A DNA stretch of 64,000 nt, taken from Azolla caroliniana. Its lineage: Eukaryota > Plantae > Polypodiophyta. Each line of letters starts with the position of its first letter. The first letter of the stretch is position 1. The notes beneath the pieces are model-generated. The model made no database searches and had not been told where the DNA came from. It was given only the letters and a program-made list of their open reading frames with translations. The position numbers were made by a program, and so were the translations under genes. Shown in pieces: positions 59,493 to 64,000 of the stretch. The stretch covers positions 23,250,001 to 23,314,000 of the forward strand of contig JBHGNT010000003.1 of the NCBI GenBank assembly GCA_043228905.1. The letters are read 5' to 3'.

Positions 59493-61216
59493 ATGAGAGG
59501 AGATACATATAGATATGGAAATCTTTTTAGCTCTTCTCCAGCAGTTGGGTTTTGGGCGGTCATAGCTGTTTCAGGTAGTGTTGCCCTTCTCACTTTTTGG
59601 AAGAAAAGGCTATGGTCTCATCATCATCATCATCATCATGTCTCTACTACCCCTTGTATTTGTAATCATATTAGCAGTAGTAGTAATGGTAGTAGTGGTG
59701 ATGATGATGTTGGTACTAGTACTTCTTTAGCACTTGATTGTGATGAAGTGCAAGAAAAGACTCTGGAATCATCTTCTAAACAAAACACCCAACAAGTTGA
59801 TGATGATAAGAGGATATCAAAACAAGTTGTTAACCATGGTGTTGTTGATGGTGATGATGATGATGATGATGACAAGAAGATGCCCAAGCAAGCCCTCCAA
59901 AGCTCTTTGGTAACATCTTCAGGTTAGTATGTGTACATTTATGATTCCTAATGTGGATTGTTATGCTTTGTTGTGTGGATCTCTGTGATCCATTATGTGG
60001 ATCTTTAAGTTCTGTTATGTGAATCTTTGTGCGCCATTATGTAAACCTTTTTGTTTCAGTTTCTTTTGTGAACTCAAATCTTTACGATTCATTATATATG
60101 AATTCAAAAAAATCCTTCTAGTAGCATAATAATCCTTTCATTAGTTTCCCTCTTATGACTTAAAGAATAGTGATACAGTTTACATGCATGCCCAGAGTCC
60201 ATGCAAATCTTCATGATTCCCTGTAAAAGTATAATCTACTTCAGCTTCATTTTGTGGATCTTTATGCTCTGTTGTGTAAATCTTTATGAGTCATTTTGCG
60301 AAGATCTGACATGTCATTTGTTTGAACCTTGATTGTTGCTTGTAATGGGAACTATTAAAGATCTATGGAATGCTTTCCTGTGAATCTTTATCATTCATCC
60401 TGTGAATATTTATGCTTCATTTGTGTTATGCTTGATTATGTGAACCCTCATGATTTGAAATGATGTGGATTATGCACGGTAGTTTGTTTGGATGGGAATC
60501 TTTGTGCATGATTATGTTTATGGTTTCCAAGCGTTGTGCTTGACTATGTGGGCCTTCGCAATGGATTATGTGGATACTTTTGAATCTTCATGCTTGATTA
60601 TGTGCCTCTCTATAATTGATTATAGATCATTGTACTTTATTGTGTGAGTATTTGTGGGCTCATTGTGTGAATCATCGACGTAAAATCGTCTATATAACAT
60701 GCAATCTAGACCTATTTAGGAGACTCCTCATGTATGTTGATTTTACATGAATACAAATTCCATCATTATCTCCTCTTTAAATGGAACCCTTATGTGTGCA
60801 AGTAATATATAAAGAAAAAACATTCGATTTACATATGATGATTTGATCTGAGAGCATGCGCTTATTGACTTTCATTGACTTATCTAATGCAATTGTTTCT
60901 ATCCTAAGGTAAGAAAGCTCGGCCAGTTGTATTGAAGAAAGTCCGGTTTGCACCCGATGTGGTGGAGCCATCTGGCGATGGCCATGAATACCGATGCCGA
61001 AATCAAGCCATCCACAATGCCCATAGCAACAAGGTCTACCACAAGAAGCAAGAACATGAGGGTCTATATCACAGCAATGCTTTGAGTTCTCATAGATCCA
61101 AGTCATTGGGTTCGAAAGCTCGAACTACAGCTAAACCTTGTTTGCCCGAAAATAGGATGATGTTGTATGGTGGGATGCATCGGTATAAGACATTACTGGC
61201 TCTTCATTGGGGGTAG
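59493..61216 (+). CDS. Small plant protein with N-terminal transmembrane helix and KKVRFA...EPSGDG motif; exons 59493-59922 and 60909 (or 60927)-61216, ~240-245 aa
   Basis: Hydrophobic VGFWAVIAVSGSVALL; CAG|GTTAGT donor in phase 1; in-frame acceptors; KKVRFAPDVVEPSGDGHEYR and LPENRMMLYGG resemble a conserved uncharacterised plant family. Confidence 0.8.
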
Positions 61217-64000
61217 TAATAGTTTTTCACTCGATTCTTTGGACAAAAGTTTACTTACATTATAGCTGTAATTCTGCATTTTTTGGATCGAACTAAGTCT
61301 ATTGAGACCACATCCAAAGGGCGATGATATCATGTATGTACATAACACATACTTGATGTCTACTTCCTAAAATGAAATGTAGTTTTGATGTAACTCATCT
61401 CTTGACCTTGTGTTTGTTTTTAAGTATCTTTAACTATTTGATTGCTACAATCCTTAATTAACACCTGTTTTTAGAATTATTTATGTTTGCCTAAACAAAA
61501 TATAATCTTTAAAAAAGGTTTTGCTAGACTGTGCACGCGAAATGTTTTCGATGACTCAGTATATCATAGTTTTATGGCAGAACTAGTGATAGTGATATTT
61601 AATTTAAGTGAAATGTCTGTTCTCATCCTCCAGAATTTGCATGTAAAGGCCATCAGATGACAATATCAGATGTTCTCATAATTTAGCAATCTCTATGGTA
61701 GACACATGAAGAGCAAGAGGTCTCCATGATACATTTGATTCCCTCACCTTCTCAAGAATAGGGTAGTTCTCAATTGAGCATGGTGAAAAAGAAATTTGCA
61801 TGTACAGAACATCGGCAAGAAAGAAGTATGCCTTAAGAAGAACTTAGGGGTAACATGCTTTTGGTGTTGTCATGGGTCTCATATTGATGCGTGAAATTGT
61901 GTGAAGAATTCTTCGTAAGTTTTTGTGGCAACTCTTGGTGTTTGTTATTAGAAGATTGAAAGCATGAGAATGTTGCAACTAGCGGGCATCTTGATAGTGT
62001 AGCTAGCGATATAAACCAATACATTTACACTACTTAAAATATGAATTTAAAACTCCACAAATTTCAAAAAATTCGCTTGATTATTTTTCTTTAATGTTTT
62101 TATCTTTGATTTTGTCTACTAGTCACCCTTTAGCCTCGTTGTTTTATTTTTTGGTGTAAACATTGATTATTGGTAGGCTCGTCACCCGTACAAGTATGCC
62201 AAGTACTTGTTAAGAATTTAGAAAATAAGATTACTCAAAGAATTCACTGCCCCTACCTTTTTGTACTAGGTGCTTTTATTGCATAAGGGAGGATTAGTGT
62301 TGAGCTTCGTAAGGCCAATTCAACATTTAGAGATAAATATCCTCTTAGGTTCATAAGGTTGGGTCGCCTCTAATATTTAGAGCCAAGTTGCCCCTTGCAT
62401 GTAAGGTCATTTAGCGTACATTGGCCAATCAGATATGAGGTTGACTCACGTTATGTAAACATGTGTGTGTGCATTGCCCAAGTGGGATTGCGGGGCCATG
62501 AACTTAGGAGGACGTCATGTCATGAGAAAGGTACTTACAACCTTCGTGGGGTGTTATTCTCATGTGACCGACCCAAATTTGTATTCCAAGGGGTGCTCAA
62601 GCATTCCATGGGCGTGTGTGCATTCAAATGGGTGTGTGCCTTGTAGGGATGCATGAGCATCAAAAGAGTGCGTGTGCGGATTTGACTGCTTTCTGCTCTC
62701 ACTCGAAACCGTGACCTGACGTGTTCAACAAAAATTACAACCAACAAATACTAGATTTAGAACCACACATGTTTGATTACAACATGAAATCATTTTTTGC
62801 ATTGGTTGTGACGTAAAGGGATTATAAAGTAAATGAGAAAGATAAGGTATGAAGGAAGATATCGTGTTTTGGTGACCTGAGCTCACGATTGACAATACTC
62901 TTGCCTCTCACTCTCTATCGCTCATACCCTAATCGATCCACCATACATTGTGTTTCTAATTGACCTAAATTACTACATTAGCACAAAAGTTCTCTCTTTT
63001 AGTTCACAACAAGAAACACCTTAAATGCCAAAACTTGAGGCCATAGAACAAGAACTTGCCAAAGTATAGGATTCTTTTCTTTGACTCTCATATTAGTGTA
63101 GGTATGTTAGACCCCATGCACACACTCAAATGGGGCAAGAGACTTTTGGACAAACCCCAAACCAAGATTGTATGAACAAATATTGCTGGGCAAACCTCTT
63201 TGCTTTGGGGATCCATAACATATTTGTAAGGCCAATGCATACCCATGATGGGGATCTAAAACAAAATCGGAACCCCATACTAGGGATTCTTCTATACTAT
63301 AAAACACTTCACAATTTTTGTAGTAGCTAAATGGTGTAGGCATTTTTTTGATGGCTATTCAATGATGACATATTTGTGACCTTTTATAGTCGGGCTCCCA
63401 ATACTAGGCATAACTACCAAAAATTTAATTTGGAAGGAACAATGTAGCAAGGAGTTCCTCCTATGGTTCCACCTTTGAAAGTCAAAAGACCACTAGGCTA
63501 TGTTGTACAAGAAAATATCAAACAATAGAACAACATAATAGCATGAGTGCCCTCACTTAACCAATGTCGATCTCCAATAAGGCCAAAACTCAATGACCAG
63601 CCAATACCCCCACATGGTGAGTGAGCGTCCAATAAAATAAAAGTATTACAAATGCCAATCAATATCGTTATGAGTAGGCATATACTATCTTTTTATGCCA
63701 ACCAAACCACCTCAAACTAACTCACATATCCAAGACCTAATGGATTAGTTTCAGCAAGAGCCCATGTTCCAAGGTTGTGTGAGAGGCTATATAGTCTCAA
63801 AATGGCCCAAAAAGGAAACAACAATGACTAAAGCTATTATTGGCCACCACATCTAATATAAAGGTAAATGTGGTCACTCTAGAGAATCACAAAATATCTA
63901 GAATAATAGGAGTGAAAACCTTCAAGTACAACTAAATGAAAATGTCGGCAAAGAACTATCTTCTTTCAAAAGGCTCATAGAAAACATGACTAATATAACT

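Noticed and set aside
51800-64000. Short ORFs in AT-rich intergenic DNA (other than the 59493 gene)
   Set aside because: No recognisable motifs; probably old TE debris that I cannot classify.

Overview
Land-plant nuclear DNA, most likely a fern or other seed-free plant. That assignment is inferred from the PLS-class PPR gene and the fungal-like (Tcn1-type) Ty3/gypsy elements. The first ~30.7 kb is a stack of nested retroelements: a chromovirus with TSD CCCGC, a Tcn1-like Ty3/gypsy, a LINE split by a non-coding LTR element that itself holds two Copia solo LTRs and a gag-only element with a tRNA-Trp PBS, and a young Ty1/copia running into a 100-N gap. From ~30.7 to 45.4 kb lies the most notable region, a cluster of TORNADO1-like LRR-Roc-COR (Roco) genes. 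It has two full-length, divergent two-exon paralogs in tandem on the minus strand plus an inverted pseudogene fragment. Both intact genes need a non-canonical GC-AG intron that interrupts the P-loop. One copy has a canonical GTPase signature (GDPFAGKT, DMAG). The other keeps a ~1300-codon frame but has altered G1, G3 and G4 motifs, suggesting an active-GTPase/pseudo-GTPase pair. Each gene has its own tandem-repeat array just upstream of the ATG. Further right are a PLS-E PPR gene (minus) and a two-exon gene for a small membrane-anchored protein with an RVxF motif (plus). All family assignments come from motif recognition by eye; no database search was run.
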